Shown: positions 1 to 11,967 of the stretch, piece after piece
Layout: each line of letters opens with the position of its first letter
Position numbering within the stretch: position 1 is the first letter of the stretch
NCBI GenBank assembly: GCA_964200075.2
Contig: CAXNAA020000006.1
Span: 1 to 44,452, forward strand
Direction of reading: 5' to 3'
DNA: 44,452 nt
Source of the DNA: Sphacelaria rigidula
Lineage: Eukaryota
Notes under the pieces: model-generated
Seen by the model: only the letters and a program-made list of their open reading frames with translations
The model's database searches: none
What the model was told of the DNA's origin: nothing
Position numbers and translations under genes: made by a program

Positions 1-104
1 CCGGCTTTGTAGGGATGCGAGGTCAATGATCTTATGACTATGGCATGTATGGCCATGAGTTCCCCCCCCCCATCTTAACATTTTCGTATTGTGGTGCGGA
101 AACA

Positions 105-105
<1 letters not shown>

Positions 106-142
<37 letters not shown>
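106..142. repeat. (GT)n microsatellite
   Basis: Uninterrupted GT run of about 18 units; it explains the CV/TH-repeat ORFs at 38-247. Confidence 0.97.
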
Positions 143-143
<1 letters not shown>

Positions 144-549
144 GGCACGCGTTGCCCGATTATAAGAATTACGGGGTACATTTTAGACGCGCAGATTGAG
201 CTTGTACGTTTCAATGCAACAGGCGCATCCATCTGACTCGCGGTCACTTTCTAAAACATGATCGAGCCCATGTAGGAACTTGCGGCCCCTGGTTGCTACC
301 CTTTTCGCACAGTTTTCGCGCTCTTGAATGTGCATGCAGCGAAAGCTTACTGTATACATATATGCGACAAATGCGTGCCAACATTCAAGCGCCAACCGCG
401 GCTGGAGAATATTGCGGTAAGTGCGAGTCTCTTGTACTTTTGTCTGGATGGACCCAATACCTCGAAGTACATTTTTCACTCGTATCACGTCCGCTCCCGC
501 CTCCTCTCCTCCGGCTGTGTCTCCCTCTGGCTCTGCCCCACGTCTGCCT

Positions 550-3300
550 CACCACTGTCCACATATTATGCTGTTCGCACCCCCCGAGTCATCGTCGTCC
601 TCACTACTGTCCCCGGTACTATCTGCGTTGGACACTCCCAATCTCTCAGCTCCCGTGTCAGGTTGCTGTCTCCCGTTCCGCGGGTTTCCTATCAACGTTC
701 CCGCTGTCTTGTGTCTCGCTTTCTGCCCCTCCATCCACCAGACCTGAACTCCGAAGACGTGTCGAAAGCGACAAGTGCGATAATATTTCCCTCTTCGGCA
801 CAGCGTACTCCCTGACAAAGGCCTTTGCCATGTTTCTGAGGAGCAAGGCAAACCTATCGGCGTGTTCAGCAGCGACGTCGCCGCCCATGCTAAACTTCCA
901 AAAATACTGGATCAGCTCGAAAAACTGGCATGGTAAGGGTAGGTTGATGGACGGGTTCGATTCCTCGGAAAATTTGGGCGCAGAAACACCCTGGTGTACA
1001 ACTTCGCCTCCCATCTCCACACTTGGCGCGTAAGGGTTTTGGGAAGCACCTTTTGAAGCCCCTTCGCCGTGGCGCGAGCCTTGATCGAAGAACGGCACTA
1101 CCCAGACAGCCCAAGAATTCGCAGTCTACTTTTGCAGCTCTGTGCACTGGATTATATGACCAGGAACACGATGACACCTGTTCCCCGTCCAACATCAACA
1201 CCACAAAGTGCGCAAGCGAGATATTCGCTTGCAACCTCGCCCGCTGTAGGAAACGTCGACTCGTCCGACGGATTAGAAGGCAAAGGCCTCGTTAATGGGT
1301 AACGGGTTCATCTACCCACCCGAGAATCGCAGTTGCGCTGGAGGAGCGCTCCAACCCCTCAGTCCAACGACCCCGGCAACACGAGCGTCCTCAAGACCTT
1401 TGAGCTAATCCTGGATGAACATGAAGGCAACCTTCATATAAGGATTCAGCTGTACCGCGAGCTTGGTGTGCACATCATGACGTTCACGATGAAGATATTC
1501 ATGCTCCGTCGTATCCCACTCCTAAACTCTCTGCGCCCGCCGATAACCGTGTGTCAACCTCAGCAACCTGCATGAGGGTCCCGCGCATCTGTGCTATACG
1601 AAAGGGAGTACCCCCGCACCGGCTCCCTCCAAAATAGCAGTTGTCCAGACGAGAGCTACGGATTACGAGCCGTTTTGTCGGGAGATGCCACCGTTGCAGT
1701 GAAATAGGCTGCCATCTGAAGATGTACCTCTCCACGCCGTACGCTATCAGCGGCTGGCGGCCATGCGAGCGCCCTGGTCCACGTGAGACGGTCCCGAGAA
1801 GCTCATCGAGAATCCGGGCTCAGGAAGAAGGAAACAACAGATTGCTAGTACACCTATGGCAAATGCAGTATGCAAGCAATCTGGAAAATCCTCCTTGACG
1901 ATGCGGTCAAACACGAAATATAGCATCGCATCTACCGAATATGAGTGATGGCAAGAGTATATCAGACCTGCACATCCCGGTATAAGCATTGAAAAGATGC
2001 CGGCGATGCTGCGCGAACACCTTACCCCTACCCCAACTGCGCGATCACCTTTTTGTTGTTGACCTTAAGAAACGGAGCAACGGTGTTATTCCCAATCTGT
2101 TGCGCAGTATCAAAGTGTCAAGCGTCTCCACGTTCAGAAAACATGTTCGCTTATCCCCGCTGTCGCTGTTGTCCCTCTTTCTCTTGCCCCTCACGCTCCT
2201 CGTATCATGAGCTCCAATCCGGGTCCCGCTTTGTCTGGTCTGTAAACGCGTCACGTTGCAAAAAAGAAGGCAAAAATACGTGAACATGGGTGGAACAACG
2301 CTGACGTCGGAGGGCACGGTACCCACCGGGTGTCTTTTCTGTAAAGTCACCCAGTCGGGAGCCTCACTTGCATAGTGACCGATATTTCCTGCTGAGACAC
2401 CTCCAGAGGCACTACCCTTGAAGCCACAAAACATCAGTGTGTATATCAACCCGATCCCTTCCAATTTAACAACGTCGTATAGTGAGCGGCATCTGTCCGT
2501 TCCTACCCTATGGCTTCAGGTGTGTCTACTTTTTTGAGGTGGAGCCAGCACAATATGTGACTGCATATATCGTTGTTCGCTTCGTTTACACCTCAGAAAG
2601 CGACATTTATCCCAACAATCGTCTCTGTCGCAGAATTCAGTTTACACGAGTGCTGCATCGGCGATGGCCCACGCACCAGCTCTACTGATGGCGGCAGAGG
2701 AGCCGACGTGATAAAACTGGTGCGTGGGGAAAAAAAATGAATGAGCTAGGCGAAGCTCCCGATATGCTCAGTCCGCACGTGCAAGGGGCGCACGTCAGCC
2801 AAACCTTTGGGAGCACAAACATAAGAAAATCCTACAACTTCTGCGGTGCATAAACAACTCACCCGCGCTACTTCACAGTTCTAATTCTGTTGCGATCCAA
2901 CGCCGGAAACGATTCCTTGCAGCTATTGAAGCTCTGGGCGTCGTAAGCAGGATTGCGCTAGAGAAGAGAGACTACGTTCATGCACCCGTTTTTTCAGGTC
3001 AAGGTCAGGTTCTCGTCGCGCACGTCGGTGTTGTCCGCCGCGCCCTTGCCCAATGTTATCGTCATCACGTGGTCTAGGAAGCCATTCAGGCATCTAGATA
3101 CTCGTTCCCAACCTTCGTGGTCGTTGTACACACTACACGCCGGTGATGCATGCCGCTCCAGGCCAGTCTCCCAACGCCTTCAGGACCACGTTGCGGGAGT
3201 GGAGTGGGGTCAGCACAACGGCGGAGGTGTTCTCGAAATCAATCAGCCCCACCCTGTCGCCCAGGCGATAGGCTTTTGCTTAGCGTAAGATGAAGAACTC
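550..3300 (-). pseudogene. Decayed coding-like relic, probably an old transposable element; family not recognised
   Basis: Minus-strand frames give protein-like stretches broken by stops and frameshifts (e.g. FELIQYFWKFSMGGDVAAEHADRFALLLRNMAKAFVREY; AYRLGDRVGLIDFENTSAVVLTPLHSRNVVLKALGDW). No splice-compatible exons and no diagnostic motif found. Boundaries are approximate. Confidence 0.25.
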
Positions 3301-3824
3301 CCCGCGCACGGTCGACATTTAGCGTATCCACGTGTCCACGTTTGATCTTACTCCGCGAAACTGAAATGAAGTAGCTGTCGCACCCATGCTAAACCCAAGA
3401 AGCGATACACTCGGCACTCAAACCAGGAAGTTCGTGCACGCCGCACTCAAGGCGTATAGTCCACACTAAATTCACGTTGGGTACGGTTTTGCGCCCACTG
3501 CCAACCCGTCTCTCTCCCCCTTTATGTCGAGTTTTGAAACATATGAGCCGGATGTTTGAGATAGAGGATCACTTACCCTTGCATACAAACCTTTTAATCA
3601 CTGCACTTGGCGAATGCGATGTTTGAAATATGGATCAGTCTCGTTGAGGCAGCACCTGTGACGGTTCAAATGTTGGAATGAGTGGAGTAGACGAGGAACT
3701 CTAAGATACGGTGAAAGCGACAGCACTAGAGGTTCCTGATGGTAGTCGATAGAGCGCTGGCAAGGGGAGTCACCCTCCTCGGAGTGAAAGTGACGGGGAT
3801 TAAACCCCCACGACTAACTTTCGC

Positions 3825-3908
3825 GACGGTTTAGGAGATGACCAACTAGACTAATGACCAGTCAGCGCTGACTGGTCAGTAGTCTAGTTGGTTGTCTCTT
3901 AAACCGTC
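3825..3908. repeat. 84-bp near-perfect palindrome (two 42-bp arms, no spacer)
   Basis: Arm 3825-3866 matches the reverse complement of 3867-3908 at 38 of 42 positions. Confidence 0.93.
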
Positions 3909-4786
3909 ACACACCTCACGACAGCGCCAATTCTCGAGTGATTCGGAGTCGAATCCTGAGAGTATTCCGGTATCTGGGGTCTCTTGTATTCATAGTGAAC
4001 GCCTCTTGCAATAATAGGGCCCCATTCGGTGTTTTTTTGCGAGAGCAGACGTTGCACTTGTAAGGCTGAATTTGTTCGCGAGTACACGATATATCGTTTC
4101 ATCGTGTCATTTCGTTGGACCACCAAAATTCAGCCGTCCATCTTCAAGTTCGTACTCCACGTTGCAGTACGACCCCTCTCACCATCGGAGACTCACTCAC
4201 TAAAACCCTCATCCGATGCTACTTCGTGAAGTGTTTCGGAGCTCTCCGTTGGCCAATAGCTACTGAAAAAATAGTGGCGCTTACAAGGTCGCTGAAAGTG
4301 ACATTGCTTGTGATTTCAGCTTCCCACTGATTTGAGTGCCACAGAGTGCACAGTTACGACCAGCCGCCGCGTCTCTTCCGTGACTTGCTCCGTGGAGACT
4401 GTTATGTGTTGATTTATCTGAATGAAAGGGTATACCAGTTTCAAATCATGAGGTATTTCGGGGTCAGTTGGAGTGATGCCCAGGGCTGATAGAGAAGTCG
4501 AGAAAAGGCCAAATGAGGCGCTTGGGGCTGAACACCTAAATGGTGGTTATTACGGGTGTCTAAGAGTAAATGCTTGTCCTGCGAACTTCTCCAGAATTGA
4601 GCAAAAACACGCGATAATATTACTCAGCTTTTTAGGCTTGGGCGCGGAGAAGCTGCAAATAGCTGAAAAGAAAAGCAAAAGAGCAAACAAAACAAAAACT
4701 TGTGGCGCATGAAACCGTATCCTGGATTACCTCGCCGTCTCATTTACCAGCGAGTTAATTTATCTGTACGTACTCAAACACAACAG

Positions 4787-4886
4787 GCAACTATCTTTGT
4801 CAACAAACTGCATCGACCGGATTATTCCGCTGGCGGGCATGAAAAATCTCAAGATCCTTTCCTTAGGGCGCAACTGCATAAAAAAG
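4787..4886 (+). CDS. DNAL1: Axonemal dynein light chain 1 (LC1, LRR protein), internal exon
   Basis: caacAG|...|GTaaac; encodes [33 protein letters not shown], matching the LC1 signature LSLSTNxI...L(R/K)ILSLGRNxIK. Not present in the ORF track. Ends in phase 0. Confidence 0.93.
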
Positions 4887-5508
4887 GTAAACCAATCACA
4901 TCAAGCGCAGTCGTCGCCATGTTCCATTCTTGTTTGATTACGTCCCAATGAAAGAAATGCAGCCGAAGTGGTGGAGCATGCGCTCACGCGACATCACGAG
5001 GATGGGTCCACGCATTTCAAGTAGAAAAGATGAATCAAATCGTCACGGTTCGCCGTAGTGTTGGGGATCTATCGGACCTTCGCTCACTCACGTTACCAAA
5101 CCTTCAATATTGTTTCGTGGCCACAGCTCAGATGTGCCATGTGCCGTGCCATAGACGTTTTGCGCTCTACCGAAAGTATAATGTGCACGGCGCTCTTTTT
5201 CACCTTCGCCGTGGCACTAGGGTTAGCTTCCAGCCAATGAACACCGTGTGATGACACATTCTGAGACTTACATCGGAGCACGTGGCTATGAGCGAGTGTG
5301 TCTGACACACCCGAGCTGACTGTGGAATGACGTAGATACACGGCCAATAACTGATGAGTAGGATACAAGGCAGCAACGCGGCCGTCGCCACAAGCGCAGT
5401 GGAAGGCTCCAGTCGGAAGCTCCCCCACTCGATCATAAATGCGGTTTGTCTCTCCGTGTCGCTGTCTTAGTTTTCTGGCACGGACGCATGTACCATCATC
5501 ATGAACAG

Positions 5509-5664
5509 ATCGAAAAGCTTGACGACGTGGCGGAGTCTTTGGAGGAGCTGTGGATTTCCTATAACCAGATAACTACCTTGGACGGCCTCTCCAACTTGTC
5601 AAATCTCACTCGATTGTACATGTCCAACAATTGCGTCAAGAACTGGGCGGAGCTCGACAAACTG
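5509..5664 (+). CDS. DNAL1: Axonemal dynein light chain 1, internal exon
   Basis: aacAG|...|GTgagc, 52 codons: IEKLDDVAESLEELWISYNQITTLDGLSNLSNLTRLYMSNNCVKNWAELDKL, with the LC1 motifs LEELWISYNQI and LYMSNN. Confidence 0.95.
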
Positions 5665-6137
5665 GTGAGCAGGTATTTTGAGCACCTGATCTCGGTCCCT
5701 GTGCTATAATAGCGCGGTCTTGCGTCTTATAACTGGTACAGTATGCAAGTATCTGGTCACATCGATCGGACGAGATTCGTCGGGGTGGCTGGTCCCAAGT
5801 TGTTTTTAGGTTTTGCTATTCTCGCTGTAAAATGAAATAATGATACCAACTCTCACGGGGCCCGTTTAAGACCGAAATTGCGTCCGATTTTCAACGGGTT
5901 GCGAAAAAAAAACAACCCTCCTTATGAAACAAAGTCATTGGCGAGTTTGAACAACGGTGATTCGACGACTTCGAATTGCGGTCAGCGGGCGAGTGTCTGA
6001 TCAAAATGGGCACCCCATTTTGAACGCCCGACCGAAATTGAGGAGCGGTCCAGAATCGGGTATGTAAAACGAAAACTATGAGGTGTGTATGTCTGTTTCA
6101 CGTTAGTGTGCAGAACAAACACACTCACGCGCTCTGC

Positions 6138-6670
6138 CATGTGCTGTAGCTGTGACTGTACTGTGGTTCGTTTAGACCTTGCTAAGACGGTTTGGGTCTC
6201 CGCTGGGATCGCCTGGGCTACTGTACTGTTGTTATATTCCATATGCACAAAATGAAAGCAGTCGGCACGCAGTGCTGTCCTATCAAAAGTTGAGAATGTC
6301 AGGATGCGTTTGTTGGACGTTGGGTCTTTCGCAACGAACAAGGTGCTTCGTGCACAGCCCTTTCATTCTTGTGCTGTAGCCGCAACTGCAGTGTGGTGCG
6401 TTTGAACCCTGCGAAGACGGTTTGATCTGCGCTGGGGATTGCTCGAACTGCTGCACTCTTGTCGTGTCCCGGCCGGTACGAAAAATCTACACCGTAGAAA
6501 ACACACATAGTGTGTTGGCTGTTGAGTCTTCTTAAAAGGAACAAGGCGCTTCGTGCCCACAACAACCATTTATATGCTGTAGTTGTCGCTGTACTGTGGT
6601 GCGTTTGATCCCTGCGGGAATGGTTTTGATCTGCGGTGGGTATTGCCTGAGCTGCTGTACTGCTGCTTTG
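6138..6670. repeat. Degenerate tandem repeat, three copies of a ~200-230 bp unit
   Basis: Shared core TGCTGTAG...TGTGGT.CGTTT.A.CC.TGC...GGTTT...TCT.CG.TGGG at about 6140, 6371 and 6574; AACAAGGYGCTTCGTGC at about 6337 and 6540. Confidence 0.85.
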
Positions 6671-6730
6671 TTTCGGTTTGTACAGAATTGAGGTGGGAAC
6701 ATAGTGCAGAATTTACGTGGGAATACAGAG

Positions 6731-7199
6731 ACCGGTCGGTCCAGTGGCTCAGTTGGTACTGTAACCTCAAAGTCTTCTGCGGGTGGGTCGCGGGTTCGAA
6801 CCTTGAAGCGATCTGGAATTTTCTCTCACACAATTCCCAACAGTGGAGAGCGAGCGACCATGTTGTGGGTACACAAAATCGACTTAACTCTTAGACCGCG
6901 AGGGTAGTCTTATCTGGATCATGCATACTTTTTTTCTCTTGAAATTGATGCCGATTCAACAGAAGACTAACCTCGCGGTCTAAGGGTTAACGGTCGACGA
7001 CGGAAAGGAACTGCTAAACCCCTCTCGGGACAAAAAGGAAAGAGCCAAGCACCGCAGAAGGAAGGTGGAGACCTAAAACAAATGAAAAAGAAAAAAAAAA
7101 CTCCTGCATTGGCCTTCCTCGTGTGTGACCCCGGCTGGTGCGCCCACATGTACTAAAATGTGTAGACGGGCGTCCACAACAGATGGGACGACAACACAA
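6731..7199 (+). mobile_element. tRNA-derived SINE, family A, copy 1 (interrupted by a MITE)
   Basis: Pol III A box TGGCTCAGTTGG and B box GGTTCGAACC; the body is colinear with 25515-25880 (GTGGAGAGCGA, GTACACAAAA, TGTGACCCCGGCTGGTGCGCC, AGATGGGAC); A/C-rich tail. Confidence 0.85.
6888..6986. mobile_element. 99-bp non-autonomous piggyBac-type MITE
   Basis: 24-bp TIRs (6888-6911 and 6963-6986, 22/24 match, terminus CCCTTAGACC on the right arm), flanked by TTAA at 6884-6887 and 6987-6990. SINE copy 2 has a single TTAA at the equivalent site. Confidence 0.9.
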
Positions 7200-7615
7200 T
7201 GCCGTTTGTACAGCTTTGAAAAAGCCACGTGATGGCTGTGCAACCACTGTGTCTTCTTTGAGTGCTGCTGTTCAGATGCCAATATTTTTTAGTTTGTGCC
7301 GTAGACATGTTTGAGCGACCCACAGAGGTGCCAGTCTGGCGTTGCTAAACGTCCTGAAGGGCTGCAATACCCTTAGGTGCCGGCCATGCGATCCGCGATG
7401 GCATTGTATTTAAGTTGGGACTCACGACAGGTGTGCTTGAAGATTGAACTGCGGGTCGTAAGGTGGAACATCTCATCCCTAACAACGAACGTCGTACTTC
7501 ATTCAGAATCTACGGGAGATTCCGTCTGAGGACGCGAACTCGCGTTTCGCGTGCAGCAGGAGACAGCAGCTGCCATAAAGACATGGGGGAGAGAAGTATA
7601 TATATATATATATAT

Positions 7616-8072
7616 ACACACAGAGATGCGTCAAGTGGCGCCGGGTTTGCACCGGGGCTGATATCAGTTATTGGAAATCGATCCATTAAGGAGTGACCCA
7701 TGGGTGTAAAATGAACATAGCAGGATCATCGTGTTTCATCCAGCGTCTGCGGTAGGCTCGGCGTTTCTCCTGTCGTCTGAAAGCGCAACATCGATTTCGC
7801 ATGCCGCAGGAAATATACATGGATGAGCGTTATTGATCCACAACAAGCTTGTTCGAACAACTGTTGCTGCTTTCAACGACGATCTNNNNNNNNNNACCAC
7901 GATCTGACTCGAAATTTCGAGCAACAAATGGCCCAAAATCCCCCCCCCCCCTATCGTAGGATGACTCGAAAGCTCGCGAAAGCATCGTGCCGACACAGAT
8001 GCATCGAGTGGCGCGAGATTCACACCGTGAGCTGAGATCAGCTTTTGAGAGTCAGTCGATCAAGGAGTGACC
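7616..8072. repeat. Diverged direct repeat of about 80 bp (7616-7700 and 7993-8072)
   Basis: Both copies read ACACAG..ATGC.TC.AGTGGCGC...CACCG...GCTGA.ATCAG...AAGGAGTGACC. Confidence 0.75.
7886..7895. other. Assembly gap (10 N)
   Basis: Run of N; true length unknown, so the size of the last DNAL1 intron is uncertain. Confidence 1.
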
Positions 8073-8331
8073 AATATCAATGAAACGAACCATTCTTTTT
8101 TCCCATTCTCGCTGACAGAGACCCAATCTCCTATCGGAGCCTGGGAACAGTGCTATCGTGCAGGCGACTTCGGCTTCCTGTCGCCTCAACTTTCCCATTC
8201 GTCGAACATTCCTCGCTGAATACCGAGAATTAGTACGTGTGTTTGGATCAAATAAAATTCTACAATGACTCAGAACGTACACATCCGCCTTTGCTGTCTG
8301 CCTCAGTAGAGCTCACGCAGTGGTCGTAAGA

Positions 8332-8602
8332 ATGGTCGGTTACTTGATAGTAGAGCGAAGATCGATATTTTGATTTTAGTAGCTGACAGTCCCAAGTGTG
8401 CTCTCAGCTTGCCAAGAACGTGCTTTTGTCCAAATCGGCGCGCAGGCGCCGATATAAAGTCTGTGAACGCACACTTCGCCCACGGCAACCTTTGCACCCT
8501 CCGTTATCGAGGGTTCTCGTATGCTCTAGTCGGGGGTCAGGGTTAGGGTTGAGTTTAGTTCAGTTCACAGTCATTCATTTTCGAGAACGCTCCGTCAACC
8601 GT
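8332..8602 (+). mobile_element. Dispersed ~260-bp element with an internal telomere-like GGGTTAGGG tract, copy 1 (decayed ends)
   Basis: Colinear with 24775-25029: TACTTGAT, CTGACAGT, GTGTGCTC, the ATCGGCGC..GGCGCCGAT hairpin, TCGAGGGTTCTCG, AGGGTTAGGG, GTCAACC. Confidence 0.7.
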
Positions 8603-8694
8603 TCTTACGACCAAAGCGCAAGCACTCTTCGTGTGCCATGCCACATCCTGTGCGTTCTGTATAACTCTTGTCCTTGATGCCATTACCATCACAG

Positions 8695-8871
8695 ACCGGG
8701 CTGGAAATGCTAACCGACGTACTTTTCATGGGCAACCCAATCTACGAGGGAATGTCCAAAGAGGACGCACGAATAGAGGTGTTGCGACACATTCCGCAAG
8801 TTAGCAAAATCGACGGCGATATGGTGAAACCAACTGAACGAGAAGCAGCTAACCCGGACGGTGGTGCATGA
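8695..8871 (+). CDS. DNAL1: Axonemal dynein light chain 1, last exon
   Basis: cacAG| phase 0; TGLEMLTDVLFMGNPIYEGMSKEDARIEVLRHIPQVSKIDGDMVKPTEREAANPDGGA* carries the LC1 LRR cap (GNP...KIDG). The three exons give 143 aa; roughly 50 N-terminal residues are missing from the window. Confidence 0.93.
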   Translation, partial: TGLEMLTDVLFMGNPIYEGMSKEDARIEVLRHIPQVSKIDGDMVKPTEREAANPDGGA

Positions 8872-9525
8872 GGATGCGATCGACGAGTGAGGGCTTAGTT
8901 CGAGGGATTAGTTACAACGTCAACGAGCGCTACAGTGACTAGAAGCAACAACGTGATCGCTTCGCTGTCAGGGTACTTGTTAGGGCTTTGCTAGATGGGA
9001 AAAAAACAAAGGTGCCGTCATCACTTCGTCTATAATGTTGATGCTACTGAACGAAATAAGTCACAATACCCGAGGTTGTGTGCATCAAGTACAGCAGCTC
9101 ATCGCTTTCGACCGTCACATGTTTTCTACAAGAACCGCTCGTGAAGCCACGACGGGGAGTTGCCTTTAGTTGTGCTGACAAGCGCCATCTCGGGGCACCT
9201 ACCCTCAAAGACCAAGTCAACCATGAAAAATATGTGGGGCATCGAGTGATTCAACTAGTGTAATCCGAAGACTCTCGGTTGCTGTAAAAAGGTGAGGCAT
9301 GCCCGAGAGCAACATCTCCCCTCTCGAGCTCAATCACTCGAAATAATAGCTTGTACAACTTGCGACAGCTACAGTACCATCAGAAAAAAACGAATTTTAT
9401 ACGCAGCGAACATTATATGGCTACTGGTCAACACCAGCCGTAGTAGCACGACCACCGAAGAGGTGGCAATTCCAAGCCTTGGACATAGGCAACAACGCAA
9501 TACAATTCAGGGGTCCGTATTCCTG

Positions 9526-10140
9526 CTATCGTACAGCGTAGACATCGAATCGACCATTTTTGCTCAAGACGGCATGGCTCGGACAAACATGCTCCACGAT
9601 GGCTGCGCCGTTTACAGGCCGCTTTACGACCACCTTGCGCGTCGCTAATCTCATGGCCGTTTCAAACAACTGCCGTTCCTCCTCTTCCGTCGCATTACCC
9701 GGATGCTGCCGCCGCCCCTGCCCTTCACCGCAATCACTCCCACTTTCCCCTCCGTGAACCTCCTCATCGTGCCCTCGCTCCTCCATTTCCAACAAAGCCT
9801 GGAGCATCTGCATCCCCTTTTTGACGAGCGCAGACTTCTTCCGGTGTGGAAACATGGGGTCTAAGTACACCACGGCCGGGCGACGATGAACCTCGAGAGG
9901 AGCGCCGACGTCGTGTCGCGCATCATTTCTCTCATCTTTTTCTCCTGTCGTCAGGCTACCAACATCTATGGCTGCGCCCACGGAATGGTGAGCCGCGCTC
10001 GCGGCGGTAGCTAAGGCGGCGCCGACGGCGGCGTTCGCGCGAACGCCTTCGCTTGTGCTATCCCCGATGACGAGAGTCATTCGAGAAGCCGCGGCTCGAG
10101 CGATCTCGTCATCACTGTTCCGCGCGCGATCTAAGGCATC
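9526..10140 (-). CDS. rsmJ: RsmJ-like rRNA small-subunit methyltransferase, exon 4 (last)
   Basis: aaacAG|DALDRA...; contains [27 protein letters not shown] and [10 protein letters not shown]...RFDVY*, the RsmJ (YhiQ) C-terminal motifs. Confidence 0.93.
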   Translation of the reverse strand, partial: DALDRARNSDDEIARAAASRMTLVIGDSTSEGVRANAAVGAALATAASAAHHSVGAAIDVGSLTTGEKDERNDARHDVGAPLEVHRRPAVVYLDPMFPHRKKSALVKKGMQMLQALLEMEERGHDEEVHGGESGSDCGEGQGRRQHPGNATEEEERQLFETAMRLATRKVVVKRPVNGAAIVEHVCPSHAVLSKNGRFDVYAVR

Positions 10141-10576
10141 CTGTTTCATTTTCGCGAGCGAAAGGAGTAATTGAGGGACAAATGAACCGGAAGGACGGTA
10201 GAGCGAAATGGACACGTGGTTGTTTCACCTCCGTGGTGAAATCAGGGTTCGTTGACTCGCTACTTTACCACCTCATACCTTCATGTCGCCTTCTTTGCGG
10301 CCACAAGTTTCAAGCCATCTGCTAGCAGGGCCAACAACATCACACACAGAGCATATCATGGTACCGTCGGTGCGCGTCATCGAGATAGAGGGTAGTGAGG
10401 GCTCGCAGAGCTGTCCGACTACTAGCGCACACAAAACCGATATCAAACACAAGTTATCCGAGGCCACAGCTGTGCACAAAAGCAACACCTGCGCAATCGA
10501 TGACAACACTACCACTGGATTCACACCTCGCAGTTACAAAAAGCAACAAGCAATGTAGCCGTCACCAAAAACACAC

Positions 10577-10915
10577 CTGCAACAACGCTGCCACGACGGG
10601 CGACCGCTCAAACATCTTCACCGTCCAGCCCGCCGACGCGAGGAGAAACGCGTCCGTGCCAAGCCCCGCCGTCAAATCCCACAGGACCGGTGTCTCCACC
10701 TCTTCGTCATGTCGGCCGTCTTTGCCTAAGCTCCGACCGTGAACTGTGTCACCAGCACCTGTATCAGAGTCGGAGACCATCGTCTTGGCCGCGGGGGCTG
10801 GCGGGTCAGACTGGCGCTTCCGTTTCGGTTTGGCAATTGCAGCTGCTTTCACCACCTGCTCCGTGCCCTTTTGGTGCTTGGCTCTATGGCCTGTCTTCCC
10901 TGCACAGAAGTCCAC
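10577..10915 (-). CDS. rsmJ: RsmJ-like methyltransferase, exon 3
   Basis: 113 codons, phase 0/0: [11 protein letters not shown]...[35 protein letters not shown], the SAM-binding motif DxTAGLGxDAFxLA plus ERxPVVAALL. Donor CAG|GTgtgt; the acceptor is AAG. Confidence 0.9.
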
Positions 10916-11967
10916 CTTGTTTTTCGTCACACATGCGGCAGCATACATGTAGTTGGCGCTGGTTTGCAGAGGCCTCGCGGTACACTACGAGCCCACGGCA
11001 CATATCATCCTTGTACTCATGATGCTGCAAAAGCCGAAAGTGGGAAGCGACAAGAAACTTGACTTGTCATCAACATCTCATGTTTATTTTTGTATTTCAT
11101 GTCACAGTCAAATGCCAAAACCACCAAGCTATTGCAGAGTAGACGTGTGCTTGTTTCGTCCCGCCCAAAAGCTCTTGCAATTCTGATAACTTGCTCTGTA
11201 TCAGAAGGTAGGGTACTTGAGTTTGTATGGACCCTTAACCATGTCCAATTCTTGTTTTTGGTTCTTTATTGAATTCTTTAGCGTTTTCATGGTTGAAACC
11301 AAGTATTTTTCAACATGTCGCTTACCCCACGCGGCTACACAGAGAAGAAAAAGTTAGTCGGCACGAAATTGGCATTATTTTGCTCCTTCTCTATGAGAAA
11401 AAAATGAAACTGCAGGAAAAGATGACAAAAAAACGCCAAAAACTCCTCGTGTTAGCCAACTCCATGTGCAAAGGCTAGCTACGCTCCGTCTGAACCCACT
11501 TTGTAGCATTTTCGCTCATGTCCAGCAAGAAAATGGCGAAAACTCGGTCGAATTTTGCAAAGCCCGGATTTGAAGTGGCCGAGATTGGTCAAAGTTGACC
11601 CGAATTTTGAACCCAAGATGTACGTCGGACTTTTGTGTGTATGTGTGTGTGTAATCGGTTTTCCTACGTTTTATCCATCCACGACACCAACTTGAATGCT
11701 GTACAGATATGCCGTAGCGGTGAAAGGTCCTTGTTAACTTGGGTAACCTAAAATTTTGGACAGAGGAAGTAGGTATCATCAGGCGTACAATCGAGCGATA
11801 TTGCCGATAGCTCTCCACACGTTGTGGTTTACTACCGTACGTAGCGGTATCTTGGGTATTTTCTTTCGAGCAACTGATACATTGAGCAACGAGTGAGCCA
11901 AGTTTGCGGCAAAATGAGATGGCCGAATACAAAGGTGCACGCGTAGCGACCATCATTCAACACTCAC

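Noticed and set aside
293..1033. 246-aa + strand ORF, the longest in the track
   Set aside because: No motif and an odd L/P/C/S composition; most likely the antisense shadow of the minus-strand relic.
1..4786. First exon(s) of DNAL1
   Set aside because: No segment encoding an LC1-like N-terminus with a phase-2 donor was found; it is presumably upstream of the window.
6138..6670. CRISPR-like array
   Set aside because: The units are far too long and degenerate, the context is eukaryotic, and there are no cas genes.
7616..8072. Assembly-artefact duplication around the N gap
   Set aside because: The two copies differ at many positions, so this is an old real repeat rather than a mis-joined overlap.
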